DNA from: an uncultured Gammaproteobacteria bacterium
GTDB lineage: Bacteria > Patescibacteriota > Microgenomatia > UBA10105 > UBA927
Reading direction: 5' to 3'
DNA length: 64,000 nucleotides
Assembly: GCA_964553825.1 (NCBI GenBank)
Contig: CAZKLT010000002.1
Span: 2,068 to 66,067 of the forward strand
In this document: positions 27,843-37,745 of the stretch, piece by piece
Numbering within the stretch: the stretch's first letter is position 1
Layout of the letters: every line of letters begins with the position of its first letter
Program-made: the position numbers and the translations under genes
The notes under the pieces: generated by a model
What the model saw: the letters and a program-made list of their open reading frames with translations, nothing else
What the model was told of the DNA's origin: nothing
Databases searched by the model: none

Positions 27843-29177
27843 CTAGAATATCGATAGTTGCTGTCGGTTTGCGTCGATGAGCGGTCGCTCCTCTCCGTCG
27901 CGCCAAAGCTTTACGACGCCGAAAACACCATCATACCCCGGATCAATGACGATATCCCCTGCCCGCACCTTCTCAATTCCCACTGCTACCCGTTCTCCCG
28001 CAATCTTGGCTATTTCTTCATGCGTCGATTCGAGAAGTACGCGAAACTCGCCGCCTAACGCATCCGTCAGTTGCTGATACGGTGTTTGCACTTTCGGACT
28101 CGTCACCGGTGAGCCTATACACTCGGCAATAATCTCCTGAAGCGGCACGAGGCTGACATATCCAGGCCGATCGGGGAAAAGATCGCTTTTGGTTACCCGA
28201 AGATTCACGGTCTTTGAAACCGGCATGGCGACATCATGCAACCGGAGGTCTTTCTGGGTAACGGATGCCAATTCAGAAACCCGCTGCTCTACTCCCTGCG
28301 TTAAAGGTTTTCCGCAAACCGGACAACTGTTGCCGTTTTTGGCCGTTTCCACGGGGCTCCAGCGGATATTACAGGCTCTGTGGCCACTCCAATGATATTT
28401 CCCCTCTTCAGGGAAAAATTCAACCGTGTAGACAATTCTTGATGATCCTTGCTGCTTTATGGCCTGCGAAATTGCACCATAACTCATATCAGCCAAATCA
28501 AAAACCGTAGCTTCACGCCCGAGTTTTGGGCCGCTATGAGCATCGGAGAATGAAACGATAGAGCGGGTTTGGAGTTCTTTAATGCGCCAGTTCATGGCAG
28601 GATTACTCGAAAGACCGGTTTCTACGGCATAGATGTGTTTCGCAAACGGGCCAAATGCTTCCGCAAGACTATCAAATCCGCTCATGGATCCGAACACGCT
28701 AAACCACGGTGTCCATGCGTGTGCCGGAATGATAAGGGCAGTGGGATCAATAGTAAGCACCAGGTCTGCCACCTGAATAGACGACAGTCCGATAATCGGT
28801 CTGCCGTCGCTCATGAGGTTGCACCCCTGGCGGGTCATCTCACGGCTTATTTTTGCAGCTGAATCTATGGACGATACCCAAATAAGCGTGTGAACCCGTC
28901 TCCCCTTTCCACCTTGGGAATAAATGCATGAAACTTCTGTGGCCAGAAGAAAAAGCGGATCATCAGGCATCCCGGACTTTAGCTTCAGAAGTCCGTTTCC
29001 TGTTTCTTCAAGCTCCTGTTGTATCTCCCGCATCCACAACGGATGCGTCCAGTCTCCCGTCGCTACAATCCCCATACCTTTGCGTCGCGTCCAAGCACAA
29101 ATCTGTGGCAGTACCATGTCTTTGGAAACAGCACGCGAAAATTTGGAATGAAGCTGCAGATCCGCGTAAACACGCAT
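27843..29177 (-). CDS. endonuclease Q-like PHP-domain nuclease with a C-terminal zinc finger
   Basis: DLQLHSKFSRAVSK, ATGD, PAHAWTPWF, SFSDAHS and CPVCGK align with archaeal EndoQ. The start is ATG at 29177 or an upstream alternative start at 29201. Confidence 0.75.
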   Translation of the reverse strand: MRVYADLQLHSKFSRAVSKDMVLPQICAWTRRKGMGIVATGDWTHPLWMREIQQELEETGNGLLKLKSGMPDDPLFLLATEVSCIYSQGGKGRRVHTLIWVSSIDSAAKISREMTRQGCNLMSDGRPIIGLSSIQVADLVLTIDPTALIIPAHAWTPWFSVFGSMSGFDSLAEAFGPFAKHIYAVETGLSSNPAMNWRIKELQTRSIVSFSDAHSGPKLGREATVFDLADMSYGAISQAIKQQGSSRIVYTVEFFPEEGKYHWSGHRACNIRWSPVETAKNGNSCPVCGKPLTQGVEQRVSELASVTQKDLRLHDVAMPVSKTVNLRVTKSDLFPDRPGYVSLVPLQEIIAECIGSPVTSPKVQTPYQQLTDALGGEFRVLLESTHEEIAKIAGERVAVGIEKVRAGDIVIDPGYDGVFGVVKLWRDGEERPLIDANRQQLSIF

Positions 29178-29179
29178 AG

Positions 29180-29431
29180 TTATCTTCGCTTTTTCCCCCA
29201 CCAGTAGACGAGAGCGTAAAAAACACCCAAAGAAAGATACGACAACCAGAAATTCACGGGGCCTTTTTCAATACCAGGAAAAAGAAAATCAAGATCCAGA
29301 ATATTCCAGACATTCATGATTTCATAATCCTGTCGACATATCGCATATCCCGCCAACAGCAGCAGATGAGCGGAAGCTCCGAAAACAAGCGTTCTTGCCG
29401 CTACGACGACTGCATACCGATACTTTTTCAT
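29180..29431 (-). CDS. small membrane protein
   Basis: 83 aa, 2-3 TM helices, tightly packed between GT2 and EndoQ. Confidence 0.4.
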   Translation of the reverse strand: MKKYRYAVVVAARTLVFGASAHLLLLAGYAICRQDYEIMNVWNILDLDFLFPGIEKGPVNFWLSYLSLGVFYALVYWWGKKRR

Positions 29432-29435
29432 AACT

Positions 29436-30239
29436 CTATTCTATCAACTCACGCCACAATATCCGTATCTGTTTATTCATTTTTGCAATCACTGACCGTT
29501 TCCCTTTTTGGTGATACACATGGCCACCCATCACATATCCCGGCATAAAGCGGAGCGGATGCTTTGTGACAACGGCTGCCAGCCCGGTTGCAACATACTT
29601 TTGAAGTACTGAGAGCGACCCTTCCTTGCGCAGGCGCCGAAGGGACCAAATACACAGCGTCTCACGCAATACGACGACACTATATTTCGCCCTCGAAAGC
29701 CGCATGCCGAAATCCAAATCTTCGCTAAATTCGTGAGAAACGTCATACCCAAGAATATCTTCAAACGCCACGCGCGATACGATCGTCAACGGTCCCGGGG
29801 TCAACGGTCGCCTGAAAACAAGTGAAAGCTCCATGGCGATATTGGCAAGTAACGTTATGAGTGCATCACCCGGCACTTCACTATCTGGACGAAACCACAC
29901 CGCCATGGCCCCTGGTTTACGGGTAGCAATACATTCCTTACACCGCTCAATAAAGTACGGGAGAAATACGCTGTCTGCGTCCACAAATACAAACCACTCT
30001 CCCCGTGCATGTTTGGCCCCCAGATTTCTCTGGTATGGCAAACTCGCCTTGGGCGAGCGCACGACGCTCAAGCGGGGCAATTTTGCTTTATACGTCTCCG
30101 CTTTCAGAATCGTTTTGTCTTTTGACCCGCCGTCTACCACGATTACCTCAAACCCTTGATCCGTTTGCACCCGCAGGGAATCAAGGAGAATAGGGAGAAA
30201 TCGTTCTTCATTGAGCGTAGGAATGATGATGCTAATCAT
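29436..30239 (-). CDS. family 2 glycosyltransferase
   Basis: IIIPTLNEE ... VVDGGSKD motifs. Confidence 0.85.
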   Translation of the reverse strand: MISIIIPTLNEERFLPILLDSLRVQTDQGFEVIVVDGGSKDKTILKAETYKAKLPRLSVVRSPKASLPYQRNLGAKHARGEWFVFVDADSVFLPYFIERCKECIATRKPGAMAVWFRPDSEVPGDALITLLANIAMELSLVFRRPLTPGPLTIVSRVAFEDILGYDVSHEFSEDLDFGMRLSRAKYSVVVLRETLCIWSLRRLRKEGSLSVLQKYVATGLAAVVTKHPLRFMPGYVMGGHVYHQKGKRSVIAKMNKQIRILWRELIE

Positions 30240-31069
30240 ACGGGTATAAATTCACGAATTATTTTTCTAATACTGCGCTCCAATGTTGAAATATGCCGTT
30301 TTTTCCTTCCGGGATGTATTTCATTTTCTTTGTAATGCAGTCCGCCGGAAACAAACCCGGGCATCACCTTGGGTCCCCGTTTGGTTTTCACCACCTGCAG
30401 CGCCGATTTCAAATTCCGCTCAAGCACCCGGAGCGTCCCCTCCCTGCGATACCGCCGCATTGAATAGACATACAATATTTCCCGTAATACCTGAAAGGGC
30501 ACCCCTCGTTCATGGATAACCATTGAGAGGTCATGGTCTTCTGCAAATGATGCAGCTTCATCGTATCCGCCGACCGACTCAAATACGTCACGCCTCACGA
30601 TGGTTAACGGGCCTGGTGCCCATGGCCGATCGATAAGAATAGCTGCCTCAACGCCGATGTTCCCCAAAAATCCAGCGATCGCCTCCGTCGGATCCTCGCC
30701 GTCTGCCTTAAACCATGTGGTGAAAAACTTTGGCTTCGCCCGATCAATATATGCCCCAATGCGCTCAAAAAAATTCGGCAGAAGCTCGCTGTCTGCGTCC
30801 ACAAACACAAGCCACTCCCCTTTTCCGACGCGGGCACCGTAATTTCGCTGAAGGGAAACTCCCGCTTTTGCGCTTGAAACGACCGTCAGTCCTGCAATCT
30901 TACGACGAAATGTTTTTGCGAGCATAACGGTACGATCTACAGACGCCCCGTCAACCACGGTCACGTCAAAATTCTTTACGGTTTGGGAGGCAAGAGATGC
31001 CAGAAGCCTGGGGAGGAATTTCTCCTCATTTAAAGTTGGAATAACCACTGAGAACCGTGGTGCTTTCAT
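30236..31069 (-). CDS. family 2 glycosyltransferase (tandem paralogue)
   Basis: VVIPTLNEE ... VVDGASVD motifs. Confidence 0.85.
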   Translation of the reverse strand: MKAPRFSVVIPTLNEEKFLPRLLASLASQTVKNFDVTVVDGASVDRTVMLAKTFRRKIAGLTVVSSAKAGVSLQRNYGARVGKGEWLVFVDADSELLPNFFERIGAYIDRAKPKFFTTWFKADGEDPTEAIAGFLGNIGVEAAILIDRPWAPGPLTIVRRDVFESVGGYDEAASFAEDHDLSMVIHERGVPFQVLREILYVYSMRRYRREGTLRVLERNLKSALQVVKTKRGPKVMPGFVSGGLHYKENEIHPGRKKRHISTLERSIRKIIREFIPV

Positions 31070-31135
31070 GAAGCTATTATATCAAGAAAGCCGAATCCAT
31101 GGGCCAGCTGCCCGGAAGACACGAAAACCGATACG

Positions 31136-32881
31136 CTATGCCTTACGAACGGACTGATTTGCGTACATCTGCAATACTTCCTTGACGGTCGTCGCTTGCG
31201 CGGGAGATTTATCTGTTCGGATGCGTACCAGGCGCGGAAAGCGCACCGCCACTCCCGCCCCGTGAGATGGAGATCTTGTCAGATCATCACCTGCAATTTC
31301 AACGACAATGTTTGGAGTCACCCACACGTCCGGCACAAAAAGCTTGTTCACCGCGTCATACTGCTTAGGCATCTCATCGGATTGTATGGCATGCAATTTT
31401 GCATGAAGATCTTTCCAAAGCTCATCTGAGACACCGGTTCCGATCTTGCTGAGCGTAACAAATCCATCACTATTGCGCACGCCGACCAGGAACATACCAA
31501 TACCAAATCCAGAACGCTTCCCCTGGCCCGACCAATACCCCATGATTACTGCGTCGATGGTGTCGGTGAGCTTTCCCGTGCGCCCTTCTTCTTCCTTAAA
31601 TTTTACCCATGTATATCCACGCCGACCCGGCTCATATCGTCCATCCCATTTTTTTACGACCACGCCCTCCAGACCTGCTTTCAGTTGATCGTCATGATAC
31701 ATCCGAAGCGTTTCAACGTCATCAGTAACGATATGCGGAGACACAACAAGTAAGTCACGAGGCTTCACCGTTTTTTCCAATACCTGCCGACGGCTTGAAA
31801 GCGGTTCCTCAAGCAAATCCGTCCCGTCCTTTGAGAGGATGTCAAATAAAACAAACTGAAGCGGAACACTGGCGCGAGCCTCATCGATGTTATGTTTTCG
31901 CTTCCGCGTCATTGTGTCCTGAAAGGACATGAATCGTCCGGTTTTCGGATCAACACCAATAGCCTCGCCATCCAAAATAACCTCATCTGCGGTCAATTCA
32001 TGGGCAATATCAGCAAGTTCTGGGAACATAGCGGTTGTATTCTCAAGATTTCGTGAAAACGTTTTAACCGGCCCTTCATACCCACGGAACCCTTTTTTCC
32101 GGTAATGAATTTGCACGCGGGATCCGTCATATTTCGGCTCCACACTGACTCTCCCCATTTTCTTGATCATGTCGTCTGCCGACGGAAGTCGTTGGGCCAA
32201 TGCCGCCAGGATCGGTGCGCCGATGGCGACGCGGACATGCGAAAGTCCGACAATCCCCTTTTCTTTTACCGTTTTTCCGATGTATCCCAAATCCGGTCGC
32301 ACATTGTAGGCTGCCTCAAGCTTCACGCGCAGCGACTTATCTCCCGTAACCATCCAGGACAAGCCATCCAGTATCGTCATATCGGAAAACCCAAGCCGTA
32401 GCTTGTCCAGGGGAATTCGTACAAGATATCTGGCGGAGAGAGGATCGCTTTTTATCAAAAGCTCAGCCAGAAGATGTATTTTTTTCTCCTGCGAGCCCAC
32501 GCCACCGGTCGTTGCCAGTTCATACAGCGTCTCAAAGACGGAGGCAACCGTTATAGTATGTCTCGGATGATTTCCTTTTCTCTGTTCCATCAGAAATTCT
32601 GCGGCTTTCCCCACGTCCCCCTGTCGCTTAAACTCTTTTGTGACACGCGGTTCATCCGTGTCGCAAGCCTGCGCTATGGCCCGGATGATAAACTTATCTG
32701 CAACACCGAATTCAATCGCTTCATAAAGCGGGACCACTCTCCCCTGCAGAAGATAGATGATTTTATCAATTTCCCCGGAAGACGCTTTGGCCAATAACTC
32801 AGCCAGAATCTCCGTTATGGCATTGCGGGATGCTGTGGCTTCAATTCGCTTGAAGTAATCCGCAAGTTGACGAAACTCCAT
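31136..32881 (-). CDS. lig: ATP-dependent DNA ligase
   Basis: KYDGSR motif I. Ligase adenylation and OB-fold motifs. Confidence 0.9.
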   Translation of the reverse strand: MEFRQLADYFKRIEATASRNAITEILAELLAKASSGEIDKIIYLLQGRVVPLYEAIEFGVADKFIIRAIAQACDTDEPRVTKEFKRQGDVGKAAEFLMEQRKGNHPRHTITVASVFETLYELATTGGVGSQEKKIHLLAELLIKSDPLSARYLVRIPLDKLRLGFSDMTILDGLSWMVTGDKSLRVKLEAAYNVRPDLGYIGKTVKEKGIVGLSHVRVAIGAPILAALAQRLPSADDMIKKMGRVSVEPKYDGSRVQIHYRKKGFRGYEGPVKTFSRNLENTTAMFPELADIAHELTADEVILDGEAIGVDPKTGRFMSFQDTMTRKRKHNIDEARASVPLQFVLFDILSKDGTDLLEEPLSSRRQVLEKTVKPRDLLVVSPHIVTDDVETLRMYHDDQLKAGLEGVVVKKWDGRYEPGRRGYTWVKFKEEEGRTGKLTDTIDAVIMGYWSGQGKRSGFGIGMFLVGVRNSDGFVTLSKIGTGVSDELWKDLHAKLHAIQSDEMPKQYDAVNKLFVPDVWVTPNIVVEIAGDDLTRSPSHGAGVAVRFPRLVRIRTDKSPAQATTVKEVLQMYANQSVRKA

Positions 32882-32882
32882 A

Positions 32883-33065
32883 TCAACGAATGAAAAAGTA
32901 GTAGCAGGAAACGATAAGAAGTATGAAAAAGACGCCAAATCCAATAGCTACGTACCCCTCTTTATCGTGCTTGGTAAGCTTCTCAATCCCCTGCAGCAGC
33001 ACAACCAGCGCAAACAGCGACGGGATGATAAGAAATGCGTAGATGATACCGGAGTCAGCATCCAT
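32883..33065 (-). CDS. small 2-TM membrane protein, translationally coupled to Fic
   Basis: Its ATG overlaps the Fic stop (TAATG). Two hydrophobic helices. Confidence 0.45.
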   Translation of the reverse strand: MDADSGIIYAFLIIPSLFALVVLLQGIEKLTKHDKEGYVAIGFGVFFILLIVSCYYFFIR

Positions 33066-34108
33066 TACGTTCGAAGGACATACCGAACACCTTTGGTCGT
33101 TCCTTCTTTTTTCACTATACCTTTTTTGATAAGGTCCTTCAATTCTCGAAGCACGGTATCCTCTGAGATCATGGGGAAAAGTTCAAAAAACGATTTATTT
33201 TGCAAAAATCCGTTTTCCTGTACAAATTCAACGATCTTGATTTGTCGCTCCGTAAGCGCCAGAGGCTGGCCTCCCAATGATTTCTTGAGTTTCAGATCCG
33301 TGGAAAGCGATTTAATCTTATCTTTAATGCGCGTTAACTCGATGGCAAGGCCCTGCGTAAAATACTCAAGCCATCCGGTAAGACTTCCCTCCAGTCTCCC
33401 CACGCTCTGAAGCGCTTCATAATACTGCAACGGCTCACGGTCATAGTGTTCTTCCAGAGAGAAGAATCGCTTGATATCGTATCCGGCTTTAAACAACACG
33501 AGCGTGGATATCGCGCGGGCGACTCTCCCGTTTCCGTCAAGGAAAGGATGAATCCGAACGATCTCATAATGCGCGATGCCCGCTTTGAGAACCGTATGGA
33601 CATCATCCGGACTCGTATCATTGAGCCACTGAAGAAATGAAGCAAGGAGAAATGGTACTTCAATCGGAGGTGGCGGCCTGAATGTTACCTCCCCCGTCTG
33701 ACTGTTTTTGACGACAACCTGCGTCTTACGATAATTCCCTACAGCATCCTCCGGGAGAATCCGGTGCACGGTCAGCTCGTGCATGTGCTTGAGTGTCTCT
33801 TCACTCACTTCCGGTTTCTGATACGACTCTATAAATTTGAGAACATTTCTATAATTGAGCACCTCCTGAATGTCCCGCTCCCGTCCGACGATTTTTGCTC
33901 CCGCCAGCAGTCGCTCCGCTTCCGTAAACGTCAATTCGTTGCCCTCAATATGCGTCCCGTGATGCACGGTACGAACCATGGCATCTTCACGGAATTTTGC
34001 TTCCCATGCAGGCACGAGGGGCGCGTTCTCAATGACTTCTTTGGCAGCCTCAATAATACCCATGGATTTGAGCATTTTATTGGTGATGAGGAAGTTGGGC
34101 GTAAACAT
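33065..34108 (-). CDS. Fic/Doc-family protein with a C-terminal wHTH
   Basis: HPFLDGNGRVAR Fic motif. The start is ambiguous: ATG at 34108 has no RBS, and an upstream alternative start at 34180 exists. Confidence 0.85.
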   Translation of the reverse strand: MFTPNFLITNKMLKSMGIIEAAKEVIENAPLVPAWEAKFREDAMVRTVHHGTHIEGNELTFTEAERLLAGAKIVGRERDIQEVLNYRNVLKFIESYQKPEVSEETLKHMHELTVHRILPEDAVGNYRKTQVVVKNSQTGEVTFRPPPPIEVPFLLASFLQWLNDTSPDDVHTVLKAGIAHYEIVRIHPFLDGNGRVARAISTLVLFKAGYDIKRFFSLEEHYDREPLQYYEALQSVGRLEGSLTGWLEYFTQGLAIELTRIKDKIKSLSTDLKLKKSLGGQPLALTERQIKIVEFVQENGFLQNKSFFELFPMISEDTVLRELKDLIKKGIVKKEGTTKGVRYVLRT

Positions 34109-34162
34109 GGCGAGACAACGGCGCGATTGAATTTTCCCGCGTAATACCCGTATAATACCCGT

Positions 34163-34438
34163 ATGGCTCGCGAAAAACAATCCTCAGATAAACCAAAAAA
34201 ACGACTTACCGTGCTTATGCTCAGACAAATGATCACGCTGGCAACCAGCGGTTTTGGCGTCGTTGCCGCCTTAGCATGGAATAGTGCCATCCAGGAATTT
34301 GTTACCAATTACATTAAGCCGTACCTGTCAGGCGCCAGCGGCCTTATATCACTGCTTATCTATGCCGTCTTCGTCACCGCGCTTGCGGTAGTGGTTACCT
34401 TTCAGCTGGGACGACTCATTGAAAAACTGGAACAATAA
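34163..34438 (+). CDS. small membrane protein
   Basis: 91 aa, 2 TM helices. A TATAAT lies 6 nt upstream of the ATG, so it may be leaderless. Confidence 0.4.
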   Translation: MAREKQSSDKPKKRLTVLMLRQMITLATSGFGVVAALAWNSAIQEFVTNYIKPYLSGASGLISLLIYAVFVTALAVVVTFQLGRLIEKLEQ

Positions 34439-35269
34439 CTACGCAAAAAGAAGTGCGTTCATTGTCTTGGGGATCTGTGCGGCCAGATCAGACGCATTGA
34501 AAAATGGCCCGACTGACCCATACAACTCATCTCCCGCCTTCTTGTTAATGTAACTTCCGGCCTCCATGGCGGTAAATGGATCATTCCTGCAGGCAAGTGC
34601 CGCGATAAGACCCGCCAGCACATCGCCCGTTCCCCCTTTGGTCATGCCCTCATTCCCACCCTTAATACGCTTTATTTGTCCGGCAGGTGAACACGCAATA
34701 TCAATACGTCCCTTAAGGAGCACAAAACACGAATACGTCCGGGAAAAAGCGCTCACTTTTTCCACGTCTTCACTATCCCCTTTTAATGACGGGGTATCCG
34801 ACCGCTGGCACAATGAGACAAACTCGCCGTGATGCGGCGTCAGTATTGACCCCTTGGGGATTCTCGAAAGATCAATCATCTGCAGCGCCCCCGCGTCGAT
34901 AACCCATTGTTTATCCGGATGTGCAGTCACCAGCGTATTGGTGAGATCAGCGGTTTGGGCATCCCTCGTCATTCCCGGACCGATCAGGATGCAGTCATCT
35001 TCCGCGATATACGCGTGTATGTCGCTTCGGGGGATTACAATCCCGTCGCGAAATTGTTTCTTGATTTCCTGTGCTATTGCATTGTTTTCAGGGGTAGATG
35101 CATAATGAACAAGATCAACGATACGCGATGCGACTTCAAGCGCCCACAGGCTCGCCGCATGGAAAAGCGCCGATCCCCCGATTATCAGCAGGCGTCCGTT
35201 CTGTCCCTTATGTGATCCCGGACCGGGCAAAACCAGACGCTGAATATGCTCATGCTTGATCATACGCAT
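34439..35269 (-). CDS. nnrD: ADP-dependent NAD(P)H-hydrate dehydratase (YjeF C-terminal domain)
   Basis: GGTGDVLAGLIAAL motif. Confidence 0.8.
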   Translation of the reverse strand: MRMIKHEHIQRLVLPGPGSHKGQNGRLLIIGGSALFHAASLWALEVASRIVDLVHYASTPENNAIAQEIKKQFRDGIVIPRSDIHAYIAEDDCILIGPGMTRDAQTADLTNTLVTAHPDKQWVIDAGALQMIDLSRIPKGSILTPHHGEFVSLCQRSDTPSLKGDSEDVEKVSAFSRTYSCFVLLKGRIDIACSPAGQIKRIKGGNEGMTKGGTGDVLAGLIAALACRNDPFTAMEAGSYINKKAGDELYGSVGPFFNASDLAAQIPKTMNALLFA

Positions 35270-35272
35270 ATT

Positions 35273-36316
35273 TTACGGCAATTCGATGATGCTCGCATCC
35301 TTTTGAAGTCCCTGCGATAGCTTTATGGGGTCAGCAGAGGTAATTATGGTCTGCTGCTTACCCACAACGTCCATTACGAGCGTCTTGTGTTCGAAATCCA
35401 ATTCAGAAAAAATATCATCAAGCAGAAGCATCGGCCGCTCACCTGTTTCCTTTTCTACGAAAGCAACTTCCGCAAGCTTCAGCCAGAGTATGGCTAACCG
35501 CTGCTCTCCCCGACTCCCGTACTTACTTAAGTCTCGGGGGACATCGCCATCCAGCGTAAACTGAAAATCATCCCGGTGCGGTCCGACGAGCGTTGCTCTC
35601 GCTGCTACCTCTTCATTGCGGTATTGTTCCAGGCGGGCTTCGGATATGACGCTTTTGTCATACACAAGCGCATATCTCGCATTGGGAACCTGATACGCAT
35701 TCACAAACGCGATATATGCTGCGCGTTTTTCCGTCAGATATGCGCCCGCTTTTATAAGAAGTTGATCCCAGAACAACAACTGAGACCGGGACGCCATCCC
35801 TTCCGCGATAAGATCCAGAAGCTTATTGCGTTGCCGCAAGCCCCGTTCATAAGACAGAAGGCTACGCCGATATTCACGATCCGTCTGTACTAGCACGCTA
35901 TCCAGATATCTCCGGCGTAGACTCGGACTGTCGGTCACCAAGTCAAGATGTTGCGGCCAAAACAACACCGCTCTCAGGTTGCCGACAAAGTCGATCATTC
36001 GTCTTGGGATACCGTTGACCAGATATTTTTTTAGCGGCGCCTTTTTTCCTGAAACCTCCCCCCGTGTGGCGACCAATTCAAGCGTCACATCCCCTACTGC
36101 TCCCTTCACTCGGGTAATTTCCTGCCCAAAACGGATAGCTTCCCGGTCCATATCTGCACGGAAACTCTTTCCGGTAGCCAGGAAGTACACCGCTTCCAGA
36201 ATATTTGTTTTCCCGGACGCATTGGGGGCAAGGATAAGCGTTATGCTTGAGGAAAAACTAAACGAACGTTTGGGATAACTGCGAAATTGCGCAAGAGTAA
36301 GCTCTGAAAGTATCAC
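35273..36316 (-). CDS. recF: DNA replication/repair protein RecF
   Basis: Walker A APNASGKTN. SMC-like signature. Confidence 0.85.
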   Translation of the reverse strand: MILSELTLAQFRSYPKRSFSFSSSITLILAPNASGKTNILEAVYFLATGKSFRADMDREAIRFGQEITRVKGAVGDVTLELVATRGEVSGKKAPLKKYLVNGIPRRMIDFVGNLRAVLFWPQHLDLVTDSPSLRRRYLDSVLVQTDREYRRSLLSYERGLRQRNKLLDLIAEGMASRSQLLFWDQLLIKAGAYLTEKRAAYIAFVNAYQVPNARYALVYDKSVISEARLEQYRNEEVAARATLVGPHRDDFQFTLDGDVPRDLSKYGSRGEQRLAILWLKLAEVAFVEKETGERPMLLLDDIFSELDFEHKTLVMDVVGKQQTIITSADPIKLSQGLQKDASIIELP

Positions 36317-36331
36317 GGGGCTATTGTAGCA

Positions 36332-37036
36332 TTAATTATGGATCGTCGTGCCGGTAAATTCTTTATTATCGAGGGCTTTTTCCAGGTTTTCAAGGTGCTT
36401 TCCGTTCAGAATTTTCACGGTCACATTGAGGTCTTGTGCGAGCCTGCTTGCAATGGGGTCAAAGGGGGCATTCATTCCGGGAGTCCACTTGTCTCCGATC
36501 ATGCGTCGATACTTCTCCCAGGTAATATCAACGAGAGGCTTGGCTTTGGGATTTTTTCGGGGATCTTCGCTGTAGACGTGGTCGATATTGGTGAGGTTGA
36601 TGGCGTGGGGAATATCATAATCCTGACAGAGGGTAACGGCGCAGTAATCCGTGCTCCAGCCCGGCTTCCATCCAGCAGCAATGGCAACCGGCTTATCAAT
36701 CTTAAGAATCACTTCGTAATGCTTGATCACCCGGGCGTCTGCAATATCACGAAAAATCGTTCTGACCAGTTGTGCGTTGAGACGCGTCGCGTGGAGACCG
36801 AGCCAATCAAGATCAGTATCATCAATTTCCTGATGACGGACCTGAAACGCAGCGTCCTGATAGTGGCGCGTGGTTCCTCCGCCGCCGACAGTGATAAAAA
36901 ATCTCCTCTTTTTTGAGGAGATTTGATGCCGGATAAATTGATTGAACTGATTAAGAAAATGAATATCAATCCCACCGTTGGGAACAACAAGGGAGCCGCC
37001 GAGAGAAAGAACAAATGTTTCGCCTTTATGGGTCAT
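36332..37036 (-). CDS. pyrH: UMP kinase, archaeal type
   Basis: LGGSLVVP ... ITVGGGGTTRHY and the C-terminal GTTI match archaeal PyrH. Confidence 0.7.
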   Translation of the reverse strand: MTHKGETFVLSLGGSLVVPNGGIDIHFLNQFNQFIRHQISSKKRRFFITVGGGGTTRHYQDAAFQVRHQEIDDTDLDWLGLHATRLNAQLVRTIFRDIADARVIKHYEVILKIDKPVAIAAGWKPGWSTDYCAVTLCQDYDIPHAINLTNIDHVYSEDPRKNPKAKPLVDITWEKYRRMIGDKWTPGMNAPFDPIASRLAQDLNVTVKILNGKHLENLEKALDNKEFTGTTIHN

Positions 37037-37159
37037 AAACCAGTCTAATGTACAAAAAAGCGCCAGATGACGCGGTGCACATATAGTAGAGAAAAGTCAG
37101 CTTTTTGTCAATTTTTGCTCATACTGGCAAAGAATCTGCGTTGGCCGTATACTTACTCC

Positions 37160-37723
37160 ATGCAACAAACCACCACAGTTCTCGTCTGCGGAGGATCCTG
37201 CTCGGGGAAGTCTGTTTTTGCCCAACGATTCGTGAACGCATTTGTGCTTGAAATGGATCATTTCTACGTGGCGAAAAAGGATATGAAACCTCAACCTGAT
37301 GGCAGTTTTGATTTTGATGCTCCGGAATCAGTGGCAATCAGCGAGTGTGCCAAGGCAGTCGAGGAACTCAAAACCGGTAAACCGGTTACCATCCCTGTCT
37401 ATGACATGAAAACAAGCGACCGCGTGGGCACTCAAACTATCCAGCTTGCACCGGAACATAAATTTATCGTCGTCCCGGGCATATTTTCTCTCTATTCCCC
37501 GCTGCGCGAACTGGGAGACCTAAAAATATTCATCGACACACCCCGGGAAATTCGCGTCGCCAGAAGAATGATTCGGGACGTGGCCAAAGGAAGAAATGAT
37601 ATCGATACGCTCACGTGGTCCATTACGGTCGAGAAGAATCATATGAAGTATATTGAACCGACACGGCAATACGCGGATCTGACCATCCCCTTCTCGTACA
37701 ATCCGGTTGAATTCTCCGAGTAA
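37160..37723 (+). CDS. udk: uridine kinase / PRK-family nucleoside kinase
   Basis: P-loop GGSCSGKS. Confidence 0.75.
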   Translation: MQQTTTVLVCGGSCSGKSVFAQRFVNAFVLEMDHFYVAKKDMKPQPDGSFDFDAPESVAISECAKAVEELKTGKPVTIPVYDMKTSDRVGTQTIQLAPEHKFIVVPGIFSLYSPLRELGDLKIFIDTPREIRVARRMIRDVAKGRNDIDTLTWSITVEKNHMKYIEPTRQYADLTIPFSYNPVEFSE

Positions 37724-37745
37724 AAACCCGGACATATCCGCTTTC

